From: Pirellulales bacterium
GTDB lineage: Bacteria; Planctomycetota; Planctomycetia; Pirellulales; UBA1268
NCBI GenBank assembly: GCA_044344895.1
Contig: JBIJCD010000001.1
Coordinates: 1 to 36,195 of the forward strand
Length of the DNA stretch: 36,195 nucleotides
Reading direction: 5' to 3'
Part shown: one piece after another, positions 1 through 11,090 of the stretch
Layout of the letters: each line of letters begins with the position of its first letter
How positions within the stretch are numbered: the first letter of the stretch is position 1
Notes under the pieces: generated by a model
Databases searched by the model: none
The model's input: the letters and a program-made list of their open reading frames with translations, nothing else
What the model was told of the DNA's origin: nothing
Program-made: the position numbers and the translations under genes

Positions 1-1
1 C

Positions 2-145
2 TTTGTGACTCATTCGGCGCTCGTGCAGGAGTTCGGCTTCCACAAGCGCGAGGTGCTCGCACGGCTGGGCGAACTCGTGCCCGCCGAGGGCATCACCGAC
101 ATCCGCTGCCGCGTGATGGCCGACGCGGGCCGCGCCGCCACCTGA
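2..145 (+). CDS. DUF721-like protein, C-terminal fragment (5' end outside window)
   Basis: Frame is open from the window edge to TGA at 143-145. Translation is FVTHSALVQEFGFHKREVLARLGELVPAEGITDIRCRVMADAGRAAT. It resembles the C-terminal end of DUF721 proteins, which often sit directly upstream of gyrB. Confidence 0.45.
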   Translation, partial: FVTHSALVQEFGFHKREVLARLGELVPAEGITDIRCRVMADAGRAAT

Positions 146-2665
<2,520 letters not shown>

Positions 2666-2698
2666 CCGCAACGCGTCGCCGCCGGAGTTGCCGCCACC

Positions 2699-3946
2699 AT
2701 GACCCTGCCCCGTTTTTCCTTCGGCGTCGGCGACCGGTTCGCCCACCAGGCCGAGGCCCAGCTCGCGGCGTTCGAGCGGCTCGAGGCCGCGGGCGTCGTG
2801 GTCGCGCCGGTGTGGAACAAATCGAACCGCGAGCACACCTTCATCGGCAGCGAGCCGGCGAGCGTACGGGCGGCGGCGGCGGCGGCGGTGGCGGCCCGGG
2901 GCTGGCGGCATCCCTGGTTCGTCGACGCCGACCACATCCGCCTGGAGACGGTCGACCGATTTCTCGCTGCGAGCGATTTCTTCACGATCGACGTCGCCGA
3001 CGCGATCGGGAAGCCCGCCGGGGCCGCCGACGTGGCGGCGTTCGTGGCCCGGCATGGGGAGCTGGCGGGCCGCCTCTCGATCCCCGGCGTGGCGGCCCCG
3101 ATCGAGCTCGACGCCGCGGCCGTCGGGGCGATCGCCGGCACCTACCTGCTGGCCTGCCGCGAGGCCGGGCAGATCTACCGGCACATCGAGGGGAAGCTCG
3201 GCGGCCGGCCGTTCGTCACCGAAGTGAGCATGGACGAGACCGACCTGCCGCAGACGCCGCCGCAGCTGCTCGTCATCCTGGCACTGTTGGCCGACGAGGG
3301 GATCCCGCTGGAGACGATCGCGCCAAAGTTCACCGGCCGGTTCAACAAGGGGGTCGACTACGTGGGGGACCTCGCCCAGTTCGAGCGGGAGTTTTCCGAC
3401 GACGTCGCGGTGCTCGCTTTCGCCGCGCATCGCTACGGCCTGCCGCGGACGCTCAAGCTCTCGGTGCACTCAGGCAGCGACAAGTTTTCGCTCTATCCCG
3501 TCATCCGCCGCGTGCTGGCGAACACGGGGGCAGGGGTCCACCTGAAGACCGCCGGCACGACCTGGCTCGAGGAACTGATCGGCCTGGCGGAAGCGGAGGG
3601 CGACGGGCTCGCGCTGGCCCGTGAGATCTACGCCTACGCGCTCGACCACGTCGACGAGCTCTGCGGCCCCTATGCCAGCGTGATCGACATCGACCGGGCG
3701 AAGTTGCCGACCGCGGCCGAGGTGAACGGCTGGAGCGGGCCCCGGCTGGCCGCCGCCATCCGCCACGTTCCCGCGAACCCCCACTTCAGCCCCGACGTCC
3801 GCCAGCTCTTGCACGTGTCGTTCAAGGTGGCCGCGAAGCAGGGTTCGCGGTACACCGACCTGCTTGCGGCCAACCGCGACATCGTGGGCCGGCAGGTGAC
3901 GGAGAACATCTTCGAGCGGCACCTGCGGCCGCTGTTTTTGGGCTGA
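2699..3946 (+). CDS. uxaE: tagaturonate/fructuronate epimerase family protein (UxaE-like)
   Basis: 415-aa ORF with blocks SFGVGDRF, FVDADHIR, FFTIDVAD, EVSMDETD, GVDYVGDLAQFEREF, LSVHSGSDKFSLYP, HLKTAGTTWLEE. These match my recollection of Thermotoga maritima UxaE (TM0440). It lacks the roughly 90-aa N-terminal extension of the Thermotoga protein. Confidence 0.8.
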   Translation: MTLPRFSFGVGDRFAHQAEAQLAAFERLEAAGVVVAPVWNKSNREHTFIGSEPASVRAAAAAAVAARGWRHPWFVDADHIRLETVDRFLAASDFFTIDVADAIGKPAGAADVAAFVARHGELAGRLSIPGVAAPIELDAAAVGAIAGTYLLACREAGQIYRHIEGKLGGRPFVTEVSMDETDLPQTPPQLLVILALLADEGIPLETIAPKFTGRFNKGVDYVGDLAQFEREFSDDVAVLAFAAHRYGLPRTLKLSVHSGSDKFSLYPVIRRVLANTGAGVHLKTAGTTWLEELIGLAEAEGDGLALAREIYAYALDHVDELCGPYASVIDIDRAKLPTAAEVNGWSGPRLAAAIRHVPANPHFSPDVRQLLHVSFKVAAKQGSRYTDLLAANRDIVGRQVTENIFERHLRPLFLG

Positions 3947-3967
3947 CGGGCCCGGCAGGGAAGCCGC

Positions 3968-4816
3968 ATGCGATCCGCCGTCACGATTTGCCTCGTGCCC
4001 GAAGCCCGCCAGGGGCCCTTCGTCTTCCACGGCACCACTGCCGACGGCGGGCTCGAGGCAGGCTGCCGGGCCGCTGGCGAATTGGGGTTCGACGCCGTCG
4101 AGATCTTCCCCGAGTCGGCCGCCGCGTTTCCCGTGCCGCAGCTCGCGGAGCTGCTGCCCCGGCACGGAGTGGCGCTAGCCGCCGTCGGCACCGGCGCCGG
4201 TTGGGTGAAGCGGCGGCTGAGCCTCGTGCATCCCGACCCGGCGGTGCGGGCGGAAGCCCGCGAGTTCATCGGCGACATCGTCGACGTGGCGGGAAGCCTC
4301 GCGGCGCCCGCCATCATCGGCTCGATGCAGGGGTCAGCCACGGCGGAGGTGCCCCGCGAGGCGGCTCTCGACCACCTCGCCAGGGCGCTCGAGGAGCTCG
4401 GCGAGCGGGCCGCCCGCCACGGGCAGGTGCTCCTCTACGAGCCGCTCAACCGCTACGAGACGAACCTCTTCAACCGCCAGGCGGAGGCGGCTGCGTTCCT
4501 CGCCGCCCGCGGCCTGCGGCACGTGAGGCTGCTCTGCGACCTTTTTCACATGAACATCGAAGAGGTGGACGTGGCGGCGGCCCTGACGGCCGTGGGGCCG
4601 CATCTGGGGCACGTGCACTGGGCCGATTCCAACCGCTGGGCGATGGGCTGCGGCCACACCGATCCTCGGCCGGTCGTTGCGGCGCTCCGTACGATCGGCT
4701 ACCAAGGCTTCCTGTCGGCGGAGGTGTTTCCGCAGCCGACGGCGGCCGACGCAGCCCGGCGGACGATCGACAGCCTCCACACGCATGCCGTTGTCGACCC
4801 CCGCCGCACAGCCTGA
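3968..4816 (+). CDS. xylose-isomerase-like TIM-barrel sugar epimerase/isomerase (ketose 3-epimerase / IolO-like)
   Basis: 282-aa ORF with high GC3. The CDLFHMNIEE motif is typical of the D-tagatose/D-psicose 3-epimerase and 5-keto-L-gluconate epimerase group. Also YEPLNRYETN and a FLSAEVF C-terminal block. Confidence 0.7.
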   Translation: MRSAVTICLVPEARQGPFVFHGTTADGGLEAGCRAAGELGFDAVEIFPESAAAFPVPQLAELLPRHGVALAAVGTGAGWVKRRLSLVHPDPAVRAEAREFIGDIVDVAGSLAAPAIIGSMQGSATAEVPREAALDHLARALEELGERAARHGQVLLYEPLNRYETNLFNRQAEAAAFLAARGLRHVRLLCDLFHMNIEEVDVAAALTAVGPHLGHVHWADSNRWAMGCGHTDPRPVVAALRTIGYQGFLSAEVFPQPTAADAARRTIDSLHTHAVVDPRRTA

Positions 4817-4831
4817 ATCGGGAAACCTCAC

Positions 4832-5287
4832 GTGCTCAACACCACCTTGCTCCACCCCGACATCCTGCGCATCCTCGCCCAATCCGGGCATCACTCGAAG
4901 GTGCTCATCGCCGACGGTAATTATCCCGCGGCCAACAAGCGGGGGCCGCGGGCCGAGCTCGTCTCGCTGCAGCTGATGCCGGGCGTGCCGACCGTGGCGC
5001 AGGTGCTCGAGGCGGTCCTCGGCACGGTGCGGATCGACGAGGTCCACACGATGGGCATCGACCGCAGCGACTCCTACGCCGCCGCCACGCCGGGCGATCC
5101 GCCCGTGTGGGAGGAATACCGGCGGATCCTGGTGGCGGCGCAGTCTCCCTGCCGGCTCGAGCCGATTGTGAAGTGGGATTTCTACAAGGCCGTCGAGTCG
5201 GCGGATCACGTGCTCACGATCCAGACGGCCGACCAGCAGCCGTGGGCCAACCTGCTGCTCTCCGTCGGCTGCCGGACGTTCGGGTGA
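4832..5287 (+). CDS. RbsD/FucU family sugar mutarotase
   Basis: 151-aa ORF with a GTG start. The N-terminus LNTTLLHPDILRILAQSGHHSKVLIADGNYP parallels the FucU/RbsD signature (xxLLxxLxxxGHGDxIxIxDxxxP). It starts 15 nt after the previous stop. Confidence 0.75.
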   Translation: MLNTTLLHPDILRILAQSGHHSKVLIADGNYPAANKRGPRAELVSLQLMPGVPTVAQVLEAVLGTVRIDEVHTMGIDRSDSYAAATPGDPPVWEEYRRILVAAQSPCRLEPIVKWDFYKAVESADHVLTIQTADQQPWANLLLSVGCRTFG

Positions 5288-5291
5288 CCCG

Positions 5292-6224
5292 ATGCAGACC
5301 AGACCCCTCGGCACGACCGGCCTCGACGTCCCGATTCTGGCGTTCGGCGCGAGCTCCCTGGGGCAGGAGTTCCGCTCGATCACGCTGGATGAGGCCCTGG
5401 CCAGCGTGCGGACGGCGCTCGAGTGCGGCATGAATCTCATCGACACGAGTCCCTTCTACGGCCGGGGCATGAGCGAGGTGCTGCTGGGCGTGGCGCTCAG
5501 GGACGTGCCGCGGCGGGACTACCTGCTGTGCACCAAGCTCGGCCGCTACGACCTGGCGCACTTCGACTTCTCCTCCCGCCGCGTCGCCGAGAGCGTCGAC
5601 GTGTCGCTGCACCGCCTCGGCACCGACCACCTCGACATCGTCCTCTGCCACGACATCGAGTTCGTGCCGATGCAGCAGATCGTCGACGAGACCCTCCCTG
5701 CCCTGCGGAGGGTGCAGCAGGCCGGCAAGGTGCGGTTCGTCGGCTTCAGCGGCTACCCGCAGAAGATCTTCCGGTTCATCTGCGACCAGGCCGACGTCGA
5801 CTGCGTCCTCAACTACAACCAGTACACGTTGCAGAACACGCGGTTCGCGGACGAGACGATTCCCTTCCTCAAGGCCAAGGGGATCGGCGTGATGCACGCC
5901 GGCCCGTTCAGCGCGCGGCTGCTCACCGACGCGCCGCTGCCGGCGTGGCTCAAGGAGCCGGAGAGCGTGAAGCAGGCGGCGCGGCGGGCGGCCGACCTGT
6001 GCCGCTCCCGTGGCGGCTCGATCGCAAAGCTGGCGCTGCAGTTCGCCCTGGACAATCCCGACATCGCCACCACGATCGCCGGCAGCGCGAATCCCCGCAA
6101 CATCCGCGACTGGGCCACCTGGGCGTCGGAGCCGCTCGACGGGGAGCTGCTGCGCGACGTGCGGGCGATCCTCGCCCCGGTGCACAACGTCGGCCACCTC
6201 GAAGGCCTGCCCGAGAACAACTGA
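5292..6224 (+). CDS. aldo/keto reductase, L-galactose / L-fucose (D-threo-aldose) 1-dehydrogenase-like
   Basis: 310-aa ORF. Blocks LAFGASSLG, IDTSPFYGRGMSE, TKLGRY..FDFSSRRV, LDIVLCHDIEF, GKVRFVGFSG. These align with what I recall of plant L-galactose dehydrogenase and bacterial L-fucose dehydrogenase AKRs. It starts 4 nt after the mutarotase stop. Confidence 0.8.
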   Translation: MQTRPLGTTGLDVPILAFGASSLGQEFRSITLDEALASVRTALECGMNLIDTSPFYGRGMSEVLLGVALRDVPRRDYLLCTKLGRYDLAHFDFSSRRVAESVDVSLHRLGTDHLDIVLCHDIEFVPMQQIVDETLPALRRVQQAGKVRFVGFSGYPQKIFRFICDQADVDCVLNYNQYTLQNTRFADETIPFLKAKGIGVMHAGPFSARLLTDAPLPAWLKEPESVKQAARRAADLCRSRGGSIAKLALQFALDNPDIATTIAGSANPRNIRDWATWASEPLDGELLRDVRAILAPVHNVGHLEGLPENN

Positions 6225-6259
6225 CCGGCCGCCGTCGGCCCGCGACTCGAGCCCATGCC

Positions 6260-7096
6260 ATGCGGATCGACTCCCACCAGCACTTCTGGAGGTATTCTGC
6301 CGCGGAGTATCCGTGGATCGGCCGGGGCATGGAGCGGCTGGCTCAGGATTACCTGCCCGCGGACCTCGCGACGGTGGCGGCCGCGGCGGGCGTCGGTCGC
6401 ACGGTCGCCGTGCAGGCGCGGCAGTCGCTCGAGGAGACCCGCTGGCTCCTGTCGCTGGCCGACGAGCACCCGCTCGTCGCCGGCGTGGTGGGCTGGTTCG
6501 ATCTGCGGAGCGACGGCGTGTCCGCCGAACTGGCCCGGTTCGCGGACGATCCGCGGCTGGTCGGCGTGCGGCACGTGGTGCAGGACGAGCCCGATCCGCG
6601 GTTTCTTCTGGGTGAAAGGTTCGTCCGCGGCCTGCGGGCGCTCGAGCCGGTCGGGCTCACCTACGACCTGCTCGTGTATCCGCAGCAGCTGCCGGCGGCC
6701 GTGGAGCTGGCGGGGCTCCTGCCGGAGCAGCCGTTCGTGCTCGACCACATCGCCAAGCCTGCGATCAAGGCCGGGGAGATCGACGGCTGGCGGCGGGACA
6801 TCCGCGCGCTCGCGAGCCGGCCGAACGTTTGCTGCAAGGTGTCGGGGCTCGTGACCGAGGCGGCCTGGCGACAGTGGCAGCGGGCCGACTTCGCCCCGTA
6901 TCTGGAGACGGTGCTCGAGGCCTTCGGGCCGGAGCGGCTGATGTTCGGCAGCGACTGGCCGGTCTGCCTGCTGTCGGCGGAGTATCACGAGGTGGTGGGG
7001 ATTGTCGAGGACCTGTTCGCCCGGCTGTCGCCCGGCGAGCGGGCGAGTGTCTGGGGTGGCGCGGCCGCCCGGTTCTACGGACTTGCCGAGGAGTGA
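6260..7096 (+). CDS. amidohydrolase-2 family sugar lactonase (L-fucono/L-galactono-1,5-lactonase-like, COG3618)
   Basis: Internal ATG at 6260 of the long 5423..7096 ORF. The N-terminus MRIDSHQHFWRYSAAEYPWI is the HxH metal motif plus context of COG3618 lactonases. A C-terminal FGSDWPV block is present. The upstream part of the ORF is an Arg/Pro-rich frame overlapping the AKR gene. Confidence 0.75.
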   Translation: MRIDSHQHFWRYSAAEYPWIGRGMERLAQDYLPADLATVAAAAGVGRTVAVQARQSLEETRWLLSLADEHPLVAGVVGWFDLRSDGVSAELARFADDPRLVGVRHVVQDEPDPRFLLGERFVRGLRALEPVGLTYDLLVYPQQLPAAVELAGLLPEQPFVLDHIAKPAIKAGEIDGWRRDIRALASRPNVCCKVSGLVTEAAWRQWQRADFAPYLETVLEAFGPERLMFGSDWPVCLLSAEYHEVVGIVEDLFARLSPGERASVWGGAAARFYGLAEE

Positions 7097-7100
7097 ATCG

Positions 7101-8138
7101 ATGCAGGCGCTGATGCTGGAGAAGCCCCGGGAGTTCCGGTTCGTCGACGTTCCCGAGCCGCCGGCGCCGCCGGCCGGACAGGCGGTCGTCCGCGTGCGGG
7201 CCGTCGGGATTTGCGGCACCGACTACGCGGGCTACCTCGGCAAGATGCCGTTCTTCAGCTATCCGCGGATTCCGGGGCACGAACTCGGCGTCGAGGTCGT
7301 GGCGGTGGGAGACGGCGTCGCCAACGTGAAGCCCGGCGACCGCTGCTGCGTCGAGCCCTACATCAGCTGCTGGCGGTGCTATGCCTGCCGCCGCGGGCTC
7401 ACCAACTGCTGCGAGCACAACCAGACCCTCGGCGTGCACTGCGACGGCGGCCTGCGGCCGCTGTTCACCGTGCCCGCAGAGAAGCTCCATTCCTCGCCCC
7501 GCCTCTCCCACGCCCAAAATGCGCTCGTGGAGACGCTGGCCATCGGCTGCCATGCGGTCGACCGGTCGCGGGCCGCGGCCGGGGAGACGGTGCTCGTGAT
7601 CGGCGCCGGGCCGATCGGCCTGTCGGCGGTCGAATTCGCCAAGCTCTCGGGCGCGCGGGTGATCGTGATGGACATGGTGCTAGGACGGCTCGACTTCGTC
7701 CGCGACCGGATGGGCGTCGCCGACGTCGTGGCGGCGCGGGGTGATGCGGCGGACGAGGAGGCGATCGTCCGGCTCACCGACGGCCGGCTGGCCGACGCCG
7801 TGATCGACGCCACCGGCAGCGCCGCGAGCATGTCGACCGCGCTGCAGTTCTGCAGCTTCGGGGGGCGGCTGGTCTACGTCGGCATCACCCAGGGGGAGAT
7901 CGCGTTCCCGCACGCGCCCCTGGTGCATCGCCGGGAGCTGTCGATCCTCGCCAGCCGCAACGCCCTGCCGGGTGATTTTTCCCGGATCATCGGCCTGATT
8001 GAATCGGGGAGGATCGATACGCGGCCCTGGATCACGCACCACGCCGCCTTCGCCGACACGATCCGCGTCTTTCCCGGCCTGCTCGAGCCGACCAGCGGCG
8101 TCATCAAGGCCGTCGTCGACATGCCGGAGCCGGGGTAG
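7101..8138 (+). CDS. Zn-dependent medium-chain dehydrogenase, L-galactonate 5-dehydrogenase (LgoD/YjjN)-like
   Basis: ATG at 7101, 4 nt after the lactonase stop, giving 345 aa. Blocks AVGICGTDYAGYLGKMPFFSYPRIPGHE, CYACRRGLTNCCE, LGVHCDGG, VIGAGPIGL, VIDATGS, GGRLVYVG..GEIAF, ASRNALPGDF. These closely parallel my recollection of E. coli LgoD. Confidence 0.75.
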   Translation: MQALMLEKPREFRFVDVPEPPAPPAGQAVVRVRAVGICGTDYAGYLGKMPFFSYPRIPGHELGVEVVAVGDGVANVKPGDRCCVEPYISCWRCYACRRGLTNCCEHNQTLGVHCDGGLRPLFTVPAEKLHSSPRLSHAQNALVETLAIGCHAVDRSRAAAGETVLVIGAGPIGLSAVEFAKLSGARVIVMDMVLGRLDFVRDRMGVADVVAARGDAADEEAIVRLTDGRLADAVIDATGSAASMSTALQFCSFGGRLVYVGITQGEIAFPHAPLVHRRELSILASRNALPGDFSRIIGLIESGRIDTRPWITHHAAFADTIRVFPGLLEPTSGVIKAVVDMPEPG

Positions 8139-8400
8139 TCCGCGGGGAAGCTGGGCAGGCCTGCCGACCGGTGGGCGGCCCGCAGGTCGGAAACGGCTCG
8201 TAGCCCGGGCAAATCAGCCCCAACCCTGCGGGTCAGGGTGGAGGGCGAGACGGCCCCGGACATTGTCTGCCAGCAGGCCTGGGGCGAATCCCCGCCGCAG
8301 ATCCAGCCGATCCCATGCTCAAGGTGGGTCGGGTGGGCATGCGGCAACGGGCGGACGGGCGGATCGTCGGCGCTGGCAGCCGTGGTGGGGGGCGGAATCG

Positions 8401-9714
8401 ATGCGGAGGACTGGCGGTGCCGTGTTCGGGGCGATCGGACTCGTGATGATGAGCCTGGCTGCCGGCGCGGCGGTCGGCCAGGAGCGGGGTTTCGTCGGCC
8501 GGCCAGGCCAGGCGGGCGGGTTCGAGTCGTCCGATCCCGTGCTCACCGACGAGGTCATGACGGGCCTGATCCCGACCGGCCAGGACTGGTTCCTGTTCGG
8601 CGAGCCCGACCGGGGCGGCGTGTACGGCTGGCTCGACGGCGGCTTCGTGGGCAACTTCGGCGTGCCCGCCAGCAAGTTCAACGGTCCCTACAACGCCGTC
8701 GACCGGGCCAACGAGGCGATGATGAACCAGGTCTACATCATCGCCGAACGGACGCTGCCCACGGACGGGTCCAACGGCATCGGCGCCCGGACCGACCTGC
8801 TCTACGGCGAGGATTTCCCGCTGGCCATGTCGCTCGGCTGGGAGACGAATCCCGGGCCGCGGGATTGGAACAGCGGCGAGTATTACGGCATCGCGATCCC
8901 GCAGCTCTACGCCGAGGTCGGCAACCAAGATCTCTCGCTCAAGCTCGGCCATTTCTACACGATCGTGGGCTACGAGGGCGTGCCGGCCGTGGGCAACTTT
9001 TTCTACATGAAGTCCTACAGCTACCAGTTCGCCGGCCCGTTCACCCACTGGGGCGGGCTCGTGAACTGGAACGCCACCGACAACGTCGAGGTCGACGCAG
9101 GGATCGTCAACGGCTGGAACGGCCTGGCCTCGACCTACAGCAAGGCCAACTTCCTCGGCCGCATCCGCGCGAAGAACGACGCCAACTCGTTCGCCACGTC
9201 GGTCGCCGTCGTCAGCGGTGACGAAGGAAACGATTTTTCACCGCTCTTTCAGCCGGCGCCACCGCTCGAGTCCGCCAACCGCACCCGCTACAGCCTGATC
9301 TTCGAGTTCCGCCCCGCGGACAATTGGGAATACCTGTTCCACCACTGGCTCGGCACGCAGGCCGACGGCCTCGCCAATGGAGGGACGGCGATGTGGGCCG
9401 GCATCGACCAGTACCTCTACTACCGGGTGAGCGAGACCTGGCTGTGGGGCGCCCGGTTCGAGTGGTTCCAGGACACCGACGGCACACGCGTCGGCCTGAA
9501 CCGGCCGAGCAACCCCAACCACGTGCCGCTGCCCGGCAACTACTACTCGCTCACGGTCGGCCCCAACTGGACGCCGACCGGCAACTTCCTGATGCGGCCA
9601 GCCTTCCGCTGGGACTTTTTCGGCGGTCCCTACGGTGGCCCGCGGGCGCCCTACAACGACGGGATCAGCAACCAGCAGACGATGCTGGGCTTCGACCTGA
9701 TCCAGAAGTTCTGA
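8401..9714 (+). CDS. outer-membrane beta-barrel porin-like protein
   Basis: ATG at 8401 inside the 7999..9714 ORF. Signal peptide [27 protein letters not shown]. Gly/Tyr/Trp/Asn-rich alternating pattern. The C-terminal residue is Phe (..LIQKF), as in Bam-dependent barrels. It resembles the planctomycete putative-porin family. Confidence 0.6.
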   Translation: MRRTGGAVFGAIGLVMMSLAAGAAVGQERGFVGRPGQAGGFESSDPVLTDEVMTGLIPTGQDWFLFGEPDRGGVYGWLDGGFVGNFGVPASKFNGPYNAVDRANEAMMNQVYIIAERTLPTDGSNGIGARTDLLYGEDFPLAMSLGWETNPGPRDWNSGEYYGIAIPQLYAEVGNQDLSLKLGHFYTIVGYEGVPAVGNFFYMKSYSYQFAGPFTHWGGLVNWNATDNVEVDAGIVNGWNGLASTYSKANFLGRIRAKNDANSFATSVAVVSGDEGNDFSPLFQPAPPLESANRTRYSLIFEFRPADNWEYLFHHWLGTQADGLANGGTAMWAGIDQYLYYRVSETWLWGARFEWFQDTDGTRVGLNRPSNPNHVPLPGNYYSLTVGPNWTPTGNFLMRPAFRWDFFGGPYGGPRAPYNDGISNQQTMLGFDLIQKF

Positions 9715-9826
9715 CCGGGGGTCGGCGGGCCCCCGAAGCCGCCGCCGAGGGTTGCGGCCGCGGGGGAGGTGCGGTCGAATACGGCCTCGCAATGCCGTCC
9801 GACATCCCCAGCAGGAGCTCCGCCCC

Positions 9827-11029
9827 ATGGCCAAGAAGTCCGTCGCCAGCATCGACCCCGCCGGCAAGACCGTCCTCGTCCGCGTCGACTTCAACGTGCC
9901 GCAGGACGATGCCGGGGCGATCACCGACGACCGACGGATCCGCATGGCGCTGCCTACGATCAGGTCGATTCTCGACCGCGGCGGCAAGGCGATCCTGATG
10001 TCGCACCTCGGTCGCCCCGCGGGCAAGGGGCACGAGCCGGCGTTTTCGCTCGCGCCGGTGGCCAAGCGGCTCGGCGAGCTGCTTGGCCGGCCGGTGGGGC
10101 TCGCGGCGGATACTGGCGGCCCCGACTCGCAGGCCAAGGCCCGGGCGCTGCCGGCCGGGGGCGTGCTCGTGCTCGAGAACGTGCGGTTCAACAAGGGGGA
10201 GAAGAAGGGGGACGATGCCGCCTACGTGGCGGGGCTGGCCGGGCTGGCGGACGCCTACGTCAACGACGCCTTCGGCACCTGCCACCGCACCGAGGCCAGC
10301 ATGCACGCCGTGCCGGTGGCCATGAAGGCGGCGGGCAAGTCCGCGGTCGTCGGCTTCCTGGTCGAGAAAGAGATCCAGTACCTGGCCGACGCGATCGCCC
10401 GGCCGAAGCGACCGTTCGTGGCGATCCTCGGCGGCAAGAAGGTCTCCGACAAGATCGCGGTGATCACGAACCTGCTGTCGATCTGCGACCATGTGCTCAT
10501 CGGCGGAGCGATGGCCTACACGTTCTCGCTGGCCCAAGGAGGCAAGACAGGCAAGTCGCTCGTCGAACCCGACAAGCTCGATCTGGCCCGGCAGCTGCTC
10601 GCCACGGGGGGGGCGAAGCTTGTGCTGCCGGTCGATACCCACTGCGCCGACGACTTTTCCGCCGGCGCCACCAAGAAGATCGTCAGAGCCGGCGAGATTC
10701 CCGACGGGTTCGAGGGGCTCGACATCGGCCCCGAGACCGCGAAGAAGTATGCCGAGATCGTCCGCGCTGCCGGCACCGTCGTGTGGAACGGGCCGATGGG
10801 CGTGTTCGAGATGCCGCCCTTCGACGCCGGCACCAAGGCCGTGGCCGACGCCGTGGCCGCAGCCACGGCCAAAGGAGCCATCACGATCATCGGCGGTGGC
10901 GACTCCGCGGCAGCCGTCGAGCAGCTCGGCTACGCCGACCGCGTCAGCCACGTCTCGACCGGCGGCGGTGCATCGCTCGAGATGCTCGAAGGCAAGGCCT
11001 TCGAGACGGTCGCGGTGCTCGACGACTGA
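9827..11029 (+). CDS. pgk: phosphoglycerate kinase
   Basis: ATG at 9827 with AGGAG upstream, giving 400 aa. Motifs [53 protein letters not shown]. Confidence 0.95.
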   Translation: MAKKSVASIDPAGKTVLVRVDFNVPQDDAGAITDDRRIRMALPTIRSILDRGGKAILMSHLGRPAGKGHEPAFSLAPVAKRLGELLGRPVGLAADTGGPDSQAKARALPAGGVLVLENVRFNKGEKKGDDAAYVAGLAGLADAYVNDAFGTCHRTEASMHAVPVAMKAAGKSAVVGFLVEKEIQYLADAIARPKRPFVAILGGKKVSDKIAVITNLLSICDHVLIGGAMAYTFSLAQGGKTGKSLVEPDKLDLARQLLATGGAKLVLPVDTHCADDFSAGATKKIVRAGEIPDGFEGLDIGPETAKKYAEIVRAAGTVVWNGPMGVFEMPPFDAGTKAVADAVAAATAKGAITIIGGGDSAAAVEQLGYADRVSHVSTGGGASLEMLEGKAFETVAVLDD

Positions 11030-11090
11030 AGGCCGCACGTGCCGGTCGTCGCGACCCGAAGGACCACCGCGTCGAGTCGCGCCCTGCGCA

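Noticed and set aside
5423-6259. N-terminal 279-aa extension of the lactonase ORF (start at 5423)
   Set aside because: The extension is an Arg/Pro-rich alternative frame overlapping the well-supported AKR gene. The family-typical N-terminus MRIDSHQHFW begins at the ATG at 6260.
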